Below are positions 47,686 through 51,150 of a stretch of 51,150 nt of DNA, piece by piece. Each line of letters starts with the position of its first letter. Within the stretch, counting starts at the first letter, position 1. The notes beneath the pieces were generated by a model. It saw only the letters and a program-made list of their open reading frames with translations. It was not told where the DNA came from and ran no database searches. Location of the stretch: assembly GCA_008632985.1 (NCBI GenBank), contig QPGO01000130.1, forward strand, positions 186,001 to 237,150, read 5' to 3'. The stretch is from Psammoneis japonica. Its lineage: Eukaryota. Position numbers and translations under genes: made by a program.

Positions 47686-48884
47686 ATGAGACTCTTTATA
47701 ACAATTATCGCCGTGGCCGTCCTCTCGTTGACTTCTTTGGCAGAGGCTGGCATTGACACACAAACGCACAAGGGATTACGAAGGAACGAAGAGAACAATC
47801 GCGCCTTTCGCGGATATGGCGGTGCTGCAACAGGTCCACGAGTCTATCAACCTGAGGACACAGAAGAAGCATCTGTGCCAGTAGCCCAGAGATTCACACG
47901 CGTATAGTTGGCGGAACTATCGCGGGTAGGAATGACTATCCTCAGTTCACGCGCATCAATAGAAACGGCTATCGATGGTGTGGAGGCGTTCTTGTCCACC
48001 CGAAGTTTGTCCTCACTGCCTCTCATTGTAACTTTGAGGGTTCAAAACTATCAGTGACCATCAATGCATATTGGGGAGCCGAGGGGGACAATTCGATGGA
48101 TCGACATCGAGTCGATCGCAACATCTTGAAAAAGATCCCTCATGCCGAATGGAATTCGACATCCATGGAAAATGACTTTATGCTGCTGGAAATCGACAAG
48201 CCAGTCGAAAGCATTGTTCCTGTTCAAATCAACAAGTTGTCATTTAGGCCCACAGTCGGCGAAAAAGTTACTGTGGTCGGCCTGGGAAATCTTCAGGAAG
48301 ATGGAATGCAAGACGGAAAGCATCTCCCCGCAATGCTACAGCATGTCAATGTCAACACCATAAACTATACAGACTGTAATGGGAGAAACTCTTACAACGG
48401 AAAAATCAACAAGTCCAATATGTTCTGTGCCGCATCCGTTGAGAAAGATAGTTGCTTTGGGGACAGTGGAGGACCCGCCCTTGATGAGAACGGAGTCTTG
48501 ATGGGACTAGTTTCATTTGGAGTTGGCTGTGCACGCAAGAATTTTCCAGGTGTTTATTCCAAAATTAGTTCTGTTTACAGTTGGATAGAGGAACAGGTAT
48601 GTCCCTCGGATAACAAGCAGTGCCTTGATAGCCTTCCGAAAAACCAGCCGATTGCAACTCCGCAGAATCGCCCACCAGCAGCGTGCAGAAATCTACGTTC
48701 CAATGTCATAATGAAAATTCCTCGTCCAGGATTGGTCAAGTTCAAGTACGTTGTTGCCTCTTGTAGCATGGTGTCTCGCTCTCAACAGCGATACTGCAGA
48801 AAGCGGGACAGGCGCACAAAGAAATTTGTTTGGCAGATTTGCAGACGCTCTTGTCCAAAACAGTCAAAATGCTTCTCTGCCTGA
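47686..48884 (+). CDS. Secreted trypsin-like serine protease (S1) with Cys-rich C-terminal tail; frameshift near 47900
   Basis: Signal peptide, R-IVGG activation site, CGGVLV...LTASHC, NDFMLL, DSCFGDSGGP. Pro-region and catalytic domain are in different frames. Confidence 0.85.
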
Positions 48885-49323
48885 ATTTCCGGCTTCAGGT
48901 ACACAATCAACGTAGGATGGGATTGCAAAAAAGGAAGATGCTAGGCTTTCAAAACTCTAGTTTAGGAGAGAAATGGGGATGCGATAGTGTCGAAAGTTAA
49001 AGTAAGGAAGATATTGGGATACCACTACGACTAGGGAGACACAATCTGATATCACTTTAGAGCCATTAGGCCTTTTGTGGCATTGCTGCTCGCTTGCATC
49101 GTCAAAGAGATCAGACACTGTATCCTCAATCGCAGAGGCCACCGTCTTTTTCTGTTGCTCGTCTCTTTCTTCTCCTCTTCGAGATTCACTGTATTATTTT
49201 CTCCGCTGCATCTTCAATTTCAAAGTAATGTTGAGCCACAAATCTGGTGGGTGCCACCAGGGGTTAATTTTGGTGAATGGAGGAGTCAGACGTCCGTCGT
49301 TCTTGACTAGGAAGGAGTCAAAT

Positions 49324-49570
49324 GTCCGTCGTTCTCGACTTGGATTTCCTTGTTACGGTTTGACCTCCAACCTCTACTCTAGAAGAGCACCGATAAATCA
49401 CATGAAACCTAACCCTAGCATTTTCCACTTTGCAAATCCCCGTTCCGTCGTTATCGACTAGGATTCCTTGGATTACGGCTTTGACCTCTAACCTCCTACC
49501 GTACTCTAGAAGAGCACCGATTAATCACATGAATTCTAACCCTAGTATTTTCCACTTTGTCAGTTCCCGT
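49324..49570 (+). repeat. About 120-bp imperfect tandem duplication (partial third copy at 49291-49312)
   Basis: TCCGTCGTT.TCGACT, TACTCTAGAAGAGCACCGAT.AATCACATGAA and CTAACCCTAG.ATTTTCCACTTTG each occur twice. Confidence 0.9.
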
Positions 49571-49639
49571 CCCAAATGGACCATGGCGGTCGTCAACGTC
49601 GTGACAAAAAGAAAAAATAAAATTGTCACCATCACGATT

Positions 49640-50480
49640 CATAAGACTCAACGTGCAGTTGAGTCTCATGCTCTTTCGCATGCTCCAAATGCACAAAAGC
49701 CCGCTATCCAACCACATTCGCGACACCGTCTGCACTGTCATCGAAACACTGGAACTCCTTTGTGGAATGTGTCTCTCCCGCCAACAAGTCTGTCTCCACC
49801 CAGCTGGTCTCTTAGCTGACCACCCCCTGAACGCCCCGCCGACGTCGGCATTCAACTCACCCCTGGCTCCACCACACCTGATGCTCCATCCACTCACCAC
49901 TTCGTGGCCATCGACGTCACTGCACCACCAGCACCCCCGCCTCCTGCACCTGGTTTGCCTGTCTCTGAAAACAAGGCTCACCTCAGCAGCACACGGGACA
50001 AGCTGGTTGGTCACTCTGCACCATCCGCCCCCAACTCCGACATCATCGACGCCATCAACCAAGCCGGACTCTTCCTTCTCCCTTTCACATTCGACCACCT
50101 TGGTGGCATCGGACATCACTTTCGCACTTTCTTTTTTGGCACCTCTGCCTCAACATCCACCTCCACCCCACCCCTTCCTCCCAAACCACCCTGGACAAGT
50201 CCATCCACCCTTTCCAACTCTCAAGCATCCTTTTCTGCTTCCACCAACTCACTGCTCGCCCCCTCCAACCTCCTCGCCCGATCCAACACGGCCTGGAAAC
50301 TGCTTTCTCCTGACCATTTGGGCTCCTCTTGTCACACCGCTGCACCTCAACTTTGGGTCTCTCAAATTCTCAGCCTCAACTTTGGCTGCGCCCTCTCCCA
50401 CCATCTCTCTTCATGCCAAGACCAACTTGTTCACCATCCCACTCTCACTGACAACTCTTCATCTCGATGTGACTGTTGAT
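49640..50480 (+). mobile_element. Second CRE-like LINE 3' fragment (RLE domain), TA-depleted
   Basis: HKSPLSNHIRD, RPADVGIQL, VAIDVTAP, LLPFTFDHLGGIG. Homologous at protein level to 9470-11410. Confidence 0.65.
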
Positions 50481-50837
50481 GTCTGTTTGTGCCTCGCGAC
50501 ATCTACGACATCCGATTGTCAACATTCGATTTCTATGGCCCCAAATTTTTGCACGTACGGCCCCCAAATTGTTGAAGACATCTCAAACACTCATCGGAAA
50601 ACACTTGTTGAGACGTTCGTCTTCTCACCTTTTCGAAATTCAAAGTAATCACAATCAGTTCATCGTGTTCATCACAAGGCTAGTTGTCAACTTAGTTCTA
50701 ATTAAACCATTGGCTCACACGCTTCCTCTGCGATAAAGTGTTCTTGATCGAACCAGCAACGTTCTCTCCGAACTGACAAGATACGCCGTTTAACAAGAGG
50801 AGCACAAAGACGTGCTCAGGAACTTCAAGACCTCATT

Positions 50838-51150
50838 GTGGCGGACGCTGACGCGCTCGCTAACGCCATCGCACAAGCTGTCCAGGCGGCTGTCCAGCCG
50901 ATTGTGAACAACATGCCTGCACCACCAGCAGCAGCTGCTCCAGGACCTTTCGCCAAGTCACCCAGCGCTGGCCCGTGCAGACGTTTTGGACTACACCAAG
51001 AAAGGTGACGCGCTCGTTTTCGTAGACGCGACCAAGCCGTTGGACACCAGTTCAGTCTCGAATCGCCCAACATCCCAGTTTCCTCGAAGAACTCGCGGTC
51101 CGTTCCAAAACCAATGGTTGGAACGAAGTCCTCACGATTAACATCAACCA
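50838..51150 (+). mobile_element. Probable start of a copia gag, frameshifted, running off the window
   Basis: Ala/Pro-rich lead, then PFAKSP, DVLDYTKKG, ATKPL, LEELAVRSKTNGWNEVLTI, resembling diatom copia gag N-termini. Confidence 0.5.

Overview
Eukaryotic DNA, very probably a diatom: short GT-AG introns, bipartite signal-peptide + 'xAF/SSF' plastid presequences, and diatom-type copia elements. Host-gene islands encode an FG-GAP protein, a coiled-coil protein, argJ, AMPK/SNF1 beta, a plastid thioredoxin, a GNAT+Tudor-like protein, a broken USP48-like gene, an S49/SohB peptidase, a Cid1-like nucleotidyltransferase and a trypsin. These islands alternate with blocks of decayed transposons: copia, a tyrosine-recombinase (Ngaro/DIRS-like) element, CRE-like LINEs, a Harbinger/ISL2EU-like element carrying an XPG-like domain, and a pogo-like element. 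The main finding is that the repeat blocks (about 1-6900, 9730-14700, 28280-31640, 37935-47340, 49640-50500) have lost almost all TpA as well as most CpG, both converted to TpG/CpA. Paired repeat copies show TA-vs-TG/CA and CA-vs-TG differences directly. Conserved Tyr codons have become Cys or His. Surviving TA sites are mostly YTAR, and I found no RTAY in the two blocks scanned. In two blocks TA is gone while CG persists. This suggests a repeat-targeted A:T->G:C hypermutation process running opposite to fungal RIP, although a base-modification sequencing artefact must be excluded. All counts are manual and approximate; family calls come from motif recognition, not database searches.
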